64,000 nt of DNA, from IMG/VR virus record IMGVR_UViG_3300022602_000082; one strand, given 5' to 3'. Source of the stretch: an uncultured virus (IMG/VR IMGVR_UViG_3300022602_000082) (taxonomy: Duplodnaviria > Heunggongvirae > Uroviricota > Caudoviricetes). Below, in pieces: positions 8,075-17,671 of the stretch. Numbering within the stretch: the stretch's first letter is position 1; every line of letters begins with the position of its first letter. A model generated the notes under the pieces. That model worked only from the letters and a program-made list of their open reading frames with translations. It had not been told where the DNA came from and made no database searches. The position numbers and the translations under genes are program-made.

Positions 8075-8224
8075 ATGGCAACTAAACCTGGTTTGTACGC
8101 AAACATTCATGCTAAACAAAAACGTATCAAGGCTGGTTCAGGCGAGAAGATGAGAAAGCCTGGTACTAAAGGTGCTCCTACTGCTAAAGCGTTTAAAGAA
8201 TCAGCAAAGACCGCTAAAAAGTAA
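8075..8224 (+). CDS. Small basic protein (MATKPGLYANIHAKQKRIKAGSGEKMRK...), unit A only
   Basis: Manual translation, 49 aa; familiar small phage protein type. Confidence 0.65.
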   Translation: MATKPGLYANIHAKQKRIKAGSGEKMRKPGTKGAPTAKAFKESAKTAKK

Positions 8225-8318
8225 GGTGAGGGGACAGCCTCTCGACTCCCGATTCGTTGATGGTCTAGTTGGAAAGCCACAAAACAACTAAATTAAGCAT
8301 ACCCCCTCGGTGGCTTGA

Positions 8319-8732
8319 CTATTTGATACCCACTTGTTCTCGAATCCACTCCTGAAGTGACTCAAGCTGCTGAGTCGTCATTGCACATTTTTCAATAAAT
8401 TGTGGGTCGGAGGGCGTTCCATCAACGAAGGGGACGGTTGTGCTGGTGATGGACATTGCACTGCTACTGGGGTTGAGGTGCAACCCACCATAGTAAGTAT
8501 GAATGCGAGCAATACTATTCTTGTAATCATTGGTTATTCTCTCCGTTGTTACTTGTTGTTCTTTGAGGATTTGTTCATTCTTTGCTTCCTGCGCTTTTCC
8601 TGCTGCCTCAACACGCTCTTGATATGCCATAAATCGTGAATGTTCAAAGCTATAGCCAAGATACACGCACCCACAAAGTACCAAAGCAACCAATCCAATT
8701 TTGACATAAGTAATTACCGATAATGGAAACAT
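8319..8732 (-). CDS. Rz: Inner-membrane spanin
   Basis: N-terminal TM, coiled coil, C-terminal LQEWIR; contains an embedded lipoprotein gene. Confidence 0.8.
   Translation of the reverse strand: MFPLSVITYVKIGLVALVLCGCVYLGYSFEHSRFMAYQERVEAAGKAQEAKNEQILKEQQVTTERITNDYKNSIARIHTYYGGLHLNPSSSAMSITSTTVPFVDGTPSDPQFIEKCAMTTQQLESLQEWIREQVGIK
8378..8530 (-). CDS. Rz1: Outer-membrane spanin lipoprotein embedded in Rz, not in the ORF track
   Basis: MITRIVLLAFILTMVG-CTSTPVAVQCPSPAQPSP: lipobox and Pro-rich mature part; conserved in B. Confidence 0.8.
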   Translation of the reverse strand: MITRIVLLAFILTMVGCTSTPVAVQCPSPAQPSPSLMERPPTHNLLKNVQ

Positions 8733-9281
8733 TTATCTAAACCCACTTATTCTTGGTGAAAATACAAACGTAGCTTGCCAAGGATTAGGTTTAACAACCA
8801 CATTATCATCGACCAAGCCACGGATATTCCAACCGAGATTAACATAAATACAGCGATTAAAACCAATAGGGGAAACAAGAGTAAATTGAAATAGTCCGTT
8901 AGCGTGAACCAAGCACCAGCCTTTTTTCGCATTGTCATTGTCTTTAATAGTAGGGTCGCCAGCCACTTCTGTAGCATATGGCTCTGATAGATACTTTAGT
9001 GCAAAGCTATAAGCAGGATTACGCCACAGCCATTTAACCTTAGCAAAATATCCAATTTTATTTACTGTTTGAAATGTGGCATCCCCATCTAAAGTATTAT
9101 CAGGAGTATTGAACCAATTTAGCCATGTAGGAAGCACTGGGCCTACTGCTTGATAGCTATGGTTATCACACCACCATAACTTTTGCACCGCAAATAAAGG
9201 GAAAATGATAGCTAAAGGTAAAGAAATGACCGTTAGAATTAAACTTATAGGTGCTAATACTAGGTATAGTAAATAAATCAT
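8733..9281 (-). CDS. Membrane-anchored phage protein within the lysis cassette, unit A only
   Basis: N-terminal hydrophobic helix; WFNTPDNTLDGD and WLWRNPAY motifs. Confidence 0.7.
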   Translation of the reverse strand: MIYLLYLVLAPISLILTVISLPLAIIFPLFAVQKLWWCDNHSYQAVGPVLPTWLNWFNTPDNTLDGDATFQTVNKIGYFAKVKWLWRNPAYSFALKYLSEPYATEVAGDPTIKDNDNAKKGWCLVHANGLFQFTLVSPIGFNRCIYVNLGWNIRGLVDDNVVVKPNPWQATFVFSPRISGFR

Positions 9282-9466
9282 TCTAATGGCTTTGTAGTCA
9301 AGAATCTTAAAATAGCAACCAATACGCCAATAACAATATAGCTAAAACCATAGTAACGGTCATTGATTAGTCCTTGGATGCTAGAGAAATTATCAAATAA
9401 TGCTCCAAATACTACTAGAGCAAAAGAAAACCACATAGTCCTAGAACGGTGCATAGGCATCTTCAT
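9278..9466 (-). CDS. Putative holin (2 TM)
   Basis: Two hydrophobic segments, next to spanins; ATGA overlap fixes the start at MKMPM. Confidence 0.6.
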   Translation of the reverse strand: MKMPMHRSRTMWFSFALVVFGALFDNFSSIQGLINDRYYGFSYIVIGVLVAILRFLTTKPLE

Positions 9467-9657
9467 TTGACTGGAAAGTGTCCTGTACCTGCAGCCCACA
9501 TCAATAATGCTACTGCGCCAATACCAATGAGTTTAAGAACTCGTTTGACGACAGACTCGCCCACAGAGGTATAAAAATTCTTAATAACTTTCTCGGTAAC
9601 TCTTTCTACAAGTTCTTCAAGTTGTTCGTCGGTTAGTGGTAATTGAGTATTTGACAT
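9463..9657 (-). CDS. Small membrane protein (holin/antiholin candidate)
   Basis: C-terminal TM; conserved in B at 51395-51589. Confidence 0.55.
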   Translation of the reverse strand: MSNTQLPLTDEQLEELVERVTEKVIKNFYTSVGESVVKRVLKLIGIGAVALLMWAAGTGHFPVK

Positions 9658-9659
9658 GA

Positions 9660-10100
9660 TTAGGTAGCTTGGGTTTGTGCAGTTAGTATGCCGTTGGTAA
9701 ATGTCATGGAACCATTGGTACCAAGAGTAGTTAGTTTTGCTGTAGTAATTGTTACTGATAATCCACTTCCTAGACCAAGATTAGTTCTTGCTCCTGCTGC
9801 TGTATTTGCTCCAGTTCCGCCAGAGCTAATTGCAAGTGGAGTTGTAAAACTTAAAGTGGTAAATCTACCTGTAGACGGTGTAGTAGCACCAATAGGGGTT
9901 GAATCAATTGTAGAGCCTGAAATACCAACACCACCAATTGCACCACCTGTAATTGCTACGGAATTAGCATTTTCATATGCCATTGTTCCCAAAATACCAG
10001 TCTGTTGATTAATAAACTGGAATACGCTGTAAAACCAATCTCTAAACTGTCGAGATGATACATCTTGGTTGGTTGGAGGTGGTGGAGCTAACTTTGCCAT
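9660..10100 (-). CDS. Putative minor tail or needle-like virion protein
   Basis: Gly/Thr-rich fibre-type motifs (GGTGANTAAGARTNLGL). Confidence 0.5.
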   Translation of the reverse strand: MAKLAPPPPTNQDVSSRQFRDWFYSVFQFINQQTGILGTMAYENANSVAITGGAIGGVGISGSTIDSTPIGATTPSTGRFTTLSFTTPLAISSGGTGANTAAGARTNLGLGSGLSVTITTAKLTTLGTNGSMTFTNGILTAQTQAT

Positions 10101-11431
10101 TAATCTTTATCCTCTTCCACTTCGTCATAACACCAATTCTCAGCATACCCATACTTCTGTAAAGCAGGGATTTGATGCTCCATGCCCTCACCAATGTCAT
10201 CCCTTACGTTAATACAGTCAGGAATATCAATTTTCTTGACGTTTTTATAGGCACGTTCACAGGCTTGTTTAACGGTCTTTCCTACCCCGTTTGCCACTAG
10301 GACATAATCACCTGCAGTAACTAGGCAAGGACGCTCTACAATGCCTTCCTCGTCGTTCTGAGGGGCTATTCCAACCATGACTTCACATAAGGCGTAATCT
10401 TTGGTTAATTTATCGGGAAGACCATAGATAGGAAATCCTGTATGGTCACGCCCTGTAGTTTTAGACCTAGGGTAATCCCCAATAGGGATAACAATGCCAG
10501 TAGCAGTGTCGTAGCTAACTTTGAGAGTATCTTTGCCATCTAATAGGTCACACATCCAATCGACAACAGAACCCTTATGGAGGGCTTGCTGAATGTTAAA
10601 TAAAGGCCATCCTTTACGCATAGTCCACTCTAATGGACGTGGCTCACCCTTTTCATCAATAATGAATGCCAAATCAACATAGCCAGTATGTCCGATATAG
10701 CATAGGTAATCTTCAAAGCGTTTTAGAGTGTCATTGAATAGGTTAGACTCAGTGCAATACTTAATGACAGTTCCCTGTTCACCTGTATTACAGCCATAGT
10801 TTCCTGACATGAGCTTCTTATGTTCAAATCCCTCTAGAATGTTTTTGCCAAATCCATTAGGCCCTATCCAAGCACCTACTCCGAACTCTATTCCTGGGAC
10901 GAACTCTTGGAGGATGAAATCACGTCGTTTACCAGTTTCTTTCCATCGTTGAAGCATGAAGACCATATCTGCCGCTGATTTAGATACATAAGATAGAGCC
11001 TTGTCTGCATCACCACTGGGTTTAGAGACGTATCGTTTGGGATTAGCTTTAACAAAGTCGATAGCACTGTTGTAGTCCTTAAATTCAAATGAAGGGATAA
11101 CTGCAAGTCCTGCCTTCTTCATAATGTCTTGACCATAATCACGGTCTAATTCCATTTTGGCACCAAGCATATTAGTACCGATAATTGGGTAACCCTCTTC
11201 ATGGAACTTTTCTAGTTCCCGCATTTGAAAAGCGTTATCCGATAATACGATTAGGTCTGCTTGTTTAGCATGAATCTGCCAGTTCTGAACTTGGTCAATA
11301 AGTCCTTTACCAATCTTAGAACGCTCCTGACCGTGTGGACGCACCCATTGTTTAACTTCGTGTCCTTCTGCAAGGCAACGAATACCAAAGTCAACCAATG
11401 CTCCTGCAGGGTCAAGGAGGAGAATCTTCAT
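10100..11431 (-). CDS. PurD-like ATP-grasp amide ligase
   Basis: MELDRDYGQDIMKKAGLAVIP, VSKP, LQEFVPGIEF, EHKKL..GNYGCNTGEQG and LEWTMR motifs resemble the GARS/PurD ATP-grasp fold. Confidence 0.8.
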   Translation of the reverse strand: MKILLLDPAGALVDFGIRCLAEGHEVKQWVRPHGQERSKIGKGLIDQVQNWQIHAKQADLIVLSDNAFQMRELEKFHEEGYPIIGTNMLGAKMELDRDYGQDIMKKAGLAVIPSFEFKDYNSAIDFVKANPKRYVSKPSGDADKALSYVSKSAADMVFMLQRWKETGKRRDFILQEFVPGIEFGVGAWIGPNGFGKNILEGFEHKKLMSGNYGCNTGEQGTVIKYCTESNLFNDTLKRFEDYLCYIGHTGYVDLAFIIDEKGEPRPLEWTMRKGWPLFNIQQALHKGSVVDWMCDLLDGKDTLKVSYDTATGIVIPIGDYPRSKTTGRDHTGFPIYGLPDKLTKDYALCEVMVGIAPQNDEEGIVERPCLVTAGDYVLVANGVGKTVKQACERAYKNVKKIDIPDCINVRDDIGEGMEHQIPALQKYGYAENWCYDEVEEDKD

Positions 11432-11586
11432 TTCATTTTCTTTCTAGTCTTGCCTGAAGGTGGCTTACCTGCTCTAGCTTTAGAAAGAGCAATAGCAACT
11501 GCTTGCTTCTGTGGCTTACCAGCTTTCATTTCAGTTTTGATGTTCTTTGAAATGGTTTCTTTAGAACTGCCCTTTTTGAGTGGCAT
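11428..11586 (-). CDS. Small Lys-rich protein ([37 protein letters not shown]...)
   Basis: Manual translation, 52 aa; ATGA-coupled to the ATP-grasp gene; homologue at the same position in B. Confidence 0.7.
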   Translation of the reverse strand: MPLKKGSSKETISKNIKTEMKAGKPQKQAVAIALSKARAGKPPSGKTRKKMK

Positions 11587-11587
11587 A

Positions 11588-13255
11588 TTAATCTCCTGAT
11601 ACGGCTGCCATATAACCAGCCTTCATTAATAAACTTGCTGCACGAGATACATCTTTACCAGTTTTAGCATTGTTAATTACATCACTAATCTTTTGAAACT
11701 GTACTGGGTCTTTAATTATAGTTTGCTTTACATTTGGAGCAATATTAGCCCAAAGGGTCTTAGCCTGTTCAACAGGACGACCTTTAAGGTAGTATGCCAA
11801 CTCTTGTTTAAATACCTTTTGACCAGCTTCATCTTTGGCAAAGTTAGCCATTTGTTTATTGATAATGTTGTAATTGTTGCTCTTAAACAACTCAGGTAAT
11901 GTATCTTTAGCAGTAGCTACAAACTCTTTCTCAGCAGCATTACGTGCAACCTTTTCAGCACCACCTGGAATAAACTTGTTTACAGCTTCTCTGACAATAT
12001 CTTGCTCTTTTTTGCTTAATGCTTTGAACTCGTCAGATTTAAGATTATTGATAACAGCATTACCATCTAAGGCATTGCCTTCTTTATCCAAGAATAACTG
12101 TCTAATCTTACCTGCAGATGATGCACGAGATTCTTTAGGAAGCTCATTAAGTGCTGCTTGTAAGTCAGTCTTTAAACCTGCACCAGTCTTTTCAGACAAT
12201 GCCTTGTCATATCCAGCTTTAGCATCTTCATATAATTTGTTGACGTTAGCACCTTCTCCATGAGCAGCTTGTAATTCAGCCTTAAACGCATCACGTGCTT
12301 CTGTAGTGGCTCCTGCAGTAACAGCTTTCTCACCCAATGCCTTTTCAGCAGCAGCCCCTGAAATTTTAGCTTCAGGAAGAAATGAGGCAACTTTACGCAA
12401 AGTTCCATATTTAGGAATCATAGACTTGGCTAGGTCACTAACCAAATTGCTTGATTGTTGAACTAATTTGTTCTCTGCAATCATTTTAATGCCAGCTTGT
12501 GCAGGGACTACACCCATACCAATCATATCGGCTAGTTGTTGAGTCTTTTCACCATAGCCTAATTGTTGAGCTAATGCACTTAATCCACCGCCTACAGCAC
12601 CGCCTAGACCACCCATTGCAGCACCACCTACGGCAGCAGCAGGGCCTCCAAAAGCACCTACTCCACCACCAATGGCTGCACCAGTCATGGCACCAGACTT
12701 AATCTTTTCTAAAGCCTGTTCACCAGTAACTTGACCAGCTTTAGATGGGTCACGAGTAGTGAGTTCTTTTGTGAACTCTTGCATCTTTTTAGCTTGCTCA
12801 TCACCTTTCATAAACTGAGTGTATTCTGCAAACTTATCTTCTTTAGGTGCTTCTACAGTTTTTTTACTGGCCATAAACTCTTCAGGAGTCATAACTTTTT
12901 TAGGCTCTTCCTCACGACTTGCAAAAGGACTTTTACCTGCTTTGATGCGTTCTTCAGCATGAGTTTTAGCCTTTTTCATAATTGACTCAGGAATTTTATC
13001 TTTTATATCATGCGTCAAAAGCCAATTCTTTTCGTCTTCTGTAAGTGTTGGAACAAGAGTGGGAACATCCATTTCTTTTCCACCAATAGGCAATCCAACA
13101 GAAATTTCTGTAGAAATACCACCATCAGGTCTTTTTAATACACCAAGAAAACCAGCACCCTTTTCAGAACCATCTGGGCGTTTACCCCAAGTGCTTCTAT
13201 CTTCTTGGGAAGCATCAACCTTTTGTTTAGATGCTAACCACTCTTCTGGACTCAT
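11588..13255 (-). CDS. Putative internal virion/DNA ejection protein with an extra N-terminal domain
   Basis: Gly/Ala hydrophobic hairpin and helical body; podovirus ejectosome position. Confidence 0.6.
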   Translation of the reverse strand: MSPEEWLASKQKVDASQEDRSTWGKRPDGSEKGAGFLGVLKRPDGGISTEISVGLPIGGKEMDVPTLVPTLTEDEKNWLLTHDIKDKIPESIMKKAKTHAEERIKAGKSPFASREEEPKKVMTPEEFMASKKTVEAPKEDKFAEYTQFMKGDEQAKKMQEFTKELTTRDPSKAGQVTGEQALEKIKSGAMTGAAIGGGVGAFGGPAAAVGGAAMGGLGGAVGGGLSALAQQLGYGEKTQQLADMIGMGVVPAQAGIKMIAENKLVQQSSNLVSDLAKSMIPKYGTLRKVASFLPEAKISGAAAEKALGEKAVTAGATTEARDAFKAELQAAHGEGANVNKLYEDAKAGYDKALSEKTGAGLKTDLQAALNELPKESRASSAGKIRQLFLDKEGNALDGNAVINNLKSDEFKALSKKEQDIVREAVNKFIPGGAEKVARNAAEKEFVATAKDTLPELFKSNNYNIINKQMANFAKDEAGQKVFKQELAYYLKGRPVEQAKTLWANIAPNVKQTIIKDPVQFQKISDVINNAKTGKDVSRAASLLMKAGYMAAVSGD

Positions 13256-14694
13256 TATTGTGCTCCAACGGCTTTTTTATAATCCATCCAATCTTGGTCA
13301 GACATATTTGCAGGACGTTGATAAGTTTGTCCGCCAACACTTACAGATTCAGACTTAGCTTGTGCCCCACCTTTTACACCCTTAACATCAATAGGGCCTT
13401 CACCAATTGGTTTGGCTGTAGAAAATTCAGTAAAACTAACGTTAGGATTCTTTTTAGAAGCCTTCATAGCCTTATCAACGTCTGCTTGAGTAAATGGAAT
13501 TGCAGTACGAACAATATCCAATTCTTGTTGAATTAATGCTTTACGCTCTGGAGACAGTTTAGGGTCATTCATTTGAGCTTTACCAGAAGATTCAACAATA
13601 CGACGCATCTCACCAAGTTTGTCTAGTGTTACGCCTAATGAAGCACCAGCAGGGATAAACACACCTTTTTCAATACTGTCGGTCAATCCAACCAAGCCAG
13701 TTGCTGCACCGCCAGATTCCAATGCTGCCAATCCACGAGCAACACCTGTCATACGAGTTTGCAACATTTGTGATGTGTCGTTGGATAATGTTTGGTTTAA
13801 AGCAGACAATGGTGCTGTGTATAAACTGCCAAACTGCTTTTGTTGAAACAATGGCCCAGTAGTGATTGGTAAGTTAGCAACGTTTTGCAGTGCGTCAGCA
13901 GTTTGAGTAAATGCTTGAATAACACGAGTAGCCTGTGGAGACTCTTTACCAGAGCCTTGTCCATTACGAATCAAAGCTACTAAGTGTTGATTCTGTAGTT
14001 CAGAACGTTTTTCAGCACGGTCTGCAGCAGCTTCTGCACGGTCTTGAGCTTCAATCTTTTGTCTCATTACAGGGGACATTTTAGATAACAACTTATCTCT
14101 CATATCAGGAGACCAAGTTGTAGGAAAATCTTTAGGTGGCTCAATACCAGTGCGCTCTAAAGCATCCTTTAAGCGACGGTCATAATCTACTTGGCTCTTA
14201 GCACCATATAAAGTAGAAGCAAAGTCATCTTTAGCATCAGTCTTTAATTTTTGAGCTTCTTGTTGCGTTCTTTGTGCATTGTTTAAATATCTACGTGCTT
14301 CCATATCCGCAACTTGTGCTTCTTTTGTTTGACCCATTGCTTTAAGATATTGAGCTTCTTTGGCTTTTGCTTGAGCGTTTTGTTGGTCTGTTTGAGCAGT
14401 AATTAATGTTTGATTAACCAAACCAGCACTTGTCAACTCTCCATCGGGAGTAGTCAGCTTAAATTGTGGGCCTAACATATTGCCAGCCATAGCCCCTAAT
14501 CCAGCTTGTGGTTTACCACCTGCACCCATACCACCAGCCATACCAGCTAATGGTTGTTGTGGTGCCATGTCTTGCTTGGCTTGCTGCAATGCTTGTGACT
14601 GTAATCCATATTGTTGCGATGCAATATCTTCCTGCCTAAATGCTTGAGCAGGGCTTGTTTGCAATACATTAGCTAATTCTGAAAGACTTGCCAT
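13255..14694 (-). CDS. Putative DNA ejection protein
   Basis: Gln/Ala-rich helical protein between ejection genes. Confidence 0.55.
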   Translation of the reverse strand: MASLSELANVLQTSPAQAFRQEDIASQQYGLQSQALQQAKQDMAPQQPLAGMAGGMGAGGKPQAGLGAMAGNMLGPQFKLTTPDGELTSAGLVNQTLITAQTDQQNAQAKAKEAQYLKAMGQTKEAQVADMEARRYLNNAQRTQQEAQKLKTDAKDDFASTLYGAKSQVDYDRRLKDALERTGIEPPKDFPTTWSPDMRDKLLSKMSPVMRQKIEAQDRAEAAADRAEKRSELQNQHLVALIRNGQGSGKESPQATRVIQAFTQTADALQNVANLPITTGPLFQQKQFGSLYTAPLSALNQTLSNDTSQMLQTRMTGVARGLAALESGGAATGLVGLTDSIEKGVFIPAGASLGVTLDKLGEMRRIVESSGKAQMNDPKLSPERKALIQQELDIVRTAIPFTQADVDKAMKASKKNPNVSFTEFSTAKPIGEGPIDVKGVKGGAQAKSESVSVGGQTYQRPANMSDQDWMDYKKAVGAQ

Positions 14695-14695
14695 A

Positions 14696-15643
14696 TTAAC
14701 TCACCGAAGGAGATGATTGATTGTATTGGGAATACAGTGTTTGTAATGGGTTTAGTACGTTTGCTGCGCCACCAGATAACTGTTGTAATCCCAACGCACC
14801 TAGACCTGCTTGACCAAAGTTAATACCTTGTTGAGCTTGTGCTGCACCTGCAGGAGCTTGGTTAGCACCTGATAATGTGGCTAGTAAGTTTTGTTGTTGC
14901 TGTAGGCTAGAAGTAGCATATTGTTGACCAAACTGTTGAGCTTGTAACAATCCACCGCCTGATACTAAACGACCCTGTGCAGCTTGTTGAGCTTGTTGAG
15001 CTTGTAAGCCTTGTTGAAGGTTAAATTGGTAACCTGGAGTAGAGGTAATGGTACTTGGGTTTGCCAGTAAGTTCTGTAACTGGGAAGCTGCTTGTGAACG
15101 GTATGCTGCGTATGGGTCTGCAACACCTGGCTTAGTTCCGCCACCGCCCAATAATTTAGCTGCTTGTCCGACTTGTCCAATACCGCCTATTAATTGAGCA
15201 CCAGTCTTGGCGTATCCAGCTAAGTCTCCTAATGTAGTTCCTACGCCACCTTTGGCAACTACGTTACCTGCGGCATCAAGGATGTTTCCACCTTGAATGG
15301 AACCCATTGAACCGTCTGCTAATTGGAATGGGATAGATTCAGCACCTTGGGCTGCGGCTTCTAAAATAGGTGTTGCAGAAGCAATTTGTTCGGCAGTAGC
15401 ACCTGCGGCAGTCAAATCTGCAACCGACACACCTGAAGCAATTAAATCACCAATTGGAACTCCAGCAGAAACCAAGTCTGCAGTAGTAGCACCTGCTGCT
15501 AAAGCATCTCCAACACTAAGAGTACCCGCTGCAATATCGGCTGCTGTAAAACCACCTTCAAGTGCTGCTGCCGCTCCAATTCCTGCATCTGCTGCGGCTG
15601 CTCCTCCAAATATCTCTGCTGCTCCTGCGACTGCTCCGCCCAT
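14696..15643 (-). CDS. Putative DNA ejection/pilot protein (P22 gp7-like)
   Basis: Gly/Ala-rich N-terminus; TPGYQFNLQQGLQA...GRLVSGG motif. Confidence 0.65.
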   Translation of the reverse strand: MGGAVAGAAEIFGGAAAADAGIGAAAALEGGFTAADIAAGTLSVGDALAAGATTADLVSAGVPIGDLIASGVSVADLTAAGATAEQIASATPILEAAAQGAESIPFQLADGSMGSIQGGNILDAAGNVVAKGGVGTTLGDLAGYAKTGAQLIGGIGQVGQAAKLLGGGGTKPGVADPYAAYRSQAASQLQNLLANPSTITSTPGYQFNLQQGLQAQQAQQAAQGRLVSGGGLLQAQQFGQQYATSSLQQQQNLLATLSGANQAPAGAAQAQQGINFGQAGLGALGLQQLSGGAANVLNPLQTLYSQYNQSSPSVS

Positions 15644-15648
15644 AATAA

Positions 15649-16101
15649 TTATCCAATCATCTTAGTAAACATACGCTCAGTCTCTTTATATCCTAAACGT
15701 TCAAATATGGCTCCAACGTCTTGATGTATTTTTACATTCATAGACAACTTGGTAACTCCGTATTGCTTCATTATCTCTTCGGTCTTAATGAACAATTTTA
15801 CACCTGTCAAGCCCTTACGGTAATCTTTAGCTATGAAAAAAATGTCATCCATAGCCATAAATTGGTCTTTATAATGAATATGATGGTATAGCAACATAAT
15901 GCAATATCCCACCAATTTACCATCGTCTCTAGCCGTTACAATCCTCATATTCCCATTTTTGAACATTTGCTCATATTTGGAATAATCAGGATTGAGCTTA
16001 ATAGAATCTTTATGTAAGGCTATTTCTTCCCAATGGTCTTCTAATAAAGGTTTAATTTCGTCAATTACTTGGCTGTAAGTTTCTTCTTTATACTCAATCA
16101 T
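15649..16101 (-). CDS. GNAT-fold acetyltransferase-like virion-module protein
   Basis: DIFFIAKDYRKGLTGVKL acetyl-CoA motif A; FERLGY. Confidence 0.75.
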   Translation of the reverse strand: MIEYKEETYSQVIDEIKPLLEDHWEEIALHKDSIKLNPDYSKYEQMFKNGNMRIVTARDDGKLVGYCIMLLYHHIHYKDQFMAMDDIFFIAKDYRKGLTGVKLFIKTEEIMKQYGVTKLSMNVKIHQDVGAIFERLGYKETERMFTKMIG

Positions 16102-17669
16102 GTATCCCCCTTTTCGACATCGACTTCAAAATATTCGAGTCTCAAGGGTACATTATCTTGGTGAAGTAAGTCAAACGCTCTTCTACGGCCCTGTCCTAGT
16201 CTATGGACTTCGGATTTAGCGGTATTGAGGTTAACGTTCTGCCACGCAGAAAAAGTTTGGTAGTCATCACTGGTATAGCGTAAAAGGGCATAAGAATCAA
16301 TCTTATCTCCTACTACCTGAACGCTTCTCCAAAACTTACGTAGATTATCGCCACCATCTACTAATGGAGTACGAGCTAATACCGCAATTGGATTACCATC
16401 GTCTTGATAGGTATTGGAATCAAACTCATAGACTTTACCGTTAGTTTCATGTTGGAGTAAATCCATGTTTTGGTACTTGGTGTAATACTGACCTTTAAAG
16501 TAGCCTTCTACGTTGTTTTCAGTAGAAGTCCAATATGTCCAACCATTTTGAGCAAAGTCATATACTAGGGTATACCCTAAGTCTCTAAGGGTTAATACGT
16601 ATAGGGAATGTCCTGAAGTCTTAATGCTAAAGGCATAAGCAGATGCAGGATTACAGTTATTGATAATTCTTTCAATATATTGATTAGAAATGACTTGTGC
16701 TGATTGACCAGCCATTGTCATTATTTGGAAGCCCTTTTGGTAGCTTGTAGACATCCAAACAAGGGTATTGTCCATTTGCACTAAAGAATATTTAGCTGCA
16801 ATACCAAATTTGATTACAGAGTTTTGGTATGGTAAGAATGGGCTACCTGGGGATGTCCCTGCGTCATAGAAAAATTCAATATGAAAGGAACCATAAGTAA
16901 CAATGTAGTTAATTGTCCTACCAATAGCCAATAACGGGTCGGCAGAAGACACTACACCAATGTAGTTAATTGCTTGCCAAGTTGTAGGGTCTTCTACGTT
17001 AGAGTTATAAAGTAACCCTTCAGGAGTCCCAACAACATAATACCCATCCACAAACACCGCACCTGGTACAGTAGTAGCAGGATAAGAGGTAGTAAAGGTA
17101 AGACTAACGGTTCCAGAAGCTGTAGCATTTTGACTTAAAGTTAAGGCAGTACCAAATATAGTTAAAACATAAGTGCCAAGGGGAACTCCTGTCCCTGTCA
17201 CAATCTGTCCAACCTGAATTGCAGGATTAGATGCAGATAATGTTACTACGGGGGTACCTGATACAGTAGTACCGTTTTGCGTCGTAATGGTGCCTTGTAA
17301 ATCTAAAATGGTGCTTGTTGCAATGGTATAGACATACCCATGATTGGCATTTTTAAAAAATACTTGAGTTTGGTCTACCGAGTAAATGAAGTCGTATGAC
17401 CCTGTGCCATCAACAGGGGTAGCATTAGCCACTCCATTGTCATAGAAGGTAGTTCCAATAATGGTAAGTAAGTGAGTACCAGCGGCAAAGATACCAAGTC
17501 CTTCTCCTGCAGTTAGAGTCTGATAGGTTTTGAGTCCTGGGCGTTTAACGGCTGCAATAGACTCTTTTTTCTCTACTTCAATAATCGCATTGCCTAGCTT
17601 TGAATCCTTGTTTAAGGTTCCATCACGACTACCAATGTTATGAGCAAGAGGTATACGGCTAATTGCCAT
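16098..17669 (-). CDS. Tail nozzle / packaged DNA stabilization protein (P22 gp10-like)
   Basis: KRPGL start, beta-rich, TLVYDF..WT and RLGQGRRR motifs; position after the adaptor. Confidence 0.75.
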   Translation of the reverse strand: MAISRIPLAHNIGSRDGTLNKDSKLGNAIIEVEKKESIAAVKRPGLKTYQTLTAGEGLGIFAAGTHLLTIIGTTFYDNGVANATPVDGTGSYDFIYSVDQTQVFFKNANHGYVYTIATSTILDLQGTITTQNGTTVSGTPVVTLSASNPAIQVGQIVTGTGVPLGTYVLTIFGTALTLSQNATASGTVSLTFTTSYPATTVPGAVFVDGYYVVGTPEGLLYNSNVEDPTTWQAINYIGVVSSADPLLAIGRTINYIVTYGSFHIEFFYDAGTSPGSPFLPYQNSVIKFGIAAKYSLVQMDNTLVWMSTSYQKGFQIMTMAGQSAQVISNQYIERIINNCNPASAYAFSIKTSGHSLYVLTLRDLGYTLVYDFAQNGWTYWTSTENNVEGYFKGQYYTKYQNMDLLQHETNGKVYEFDSNTYQDDGNPIAVLARTPLVDGGDNLRKFWRSVQVVGDKIDSYALLRYTSDDYQTFSAWQNVNLNTAKSEVHRLGQGRRRAFDLLHQDNVPLRLEYFEVDVEKGDT

Positions 17670-17671
17670 AA

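Noticed and set aside
10100..11431. Annotating the ATP-grasp gene as purD, a purine auxiliary metabolic gene
   Set aside because: Only the fold motifs match; the N-terminal substrate motif differs, and the context is the virion operon with no other purine genes.
11693..13536. Several plus-strand ORFs opposite the ejection genes, also seen in B
   Set aside because: Antisense shadows of conserved minus-strand genes; their conservation follows from the real genes.
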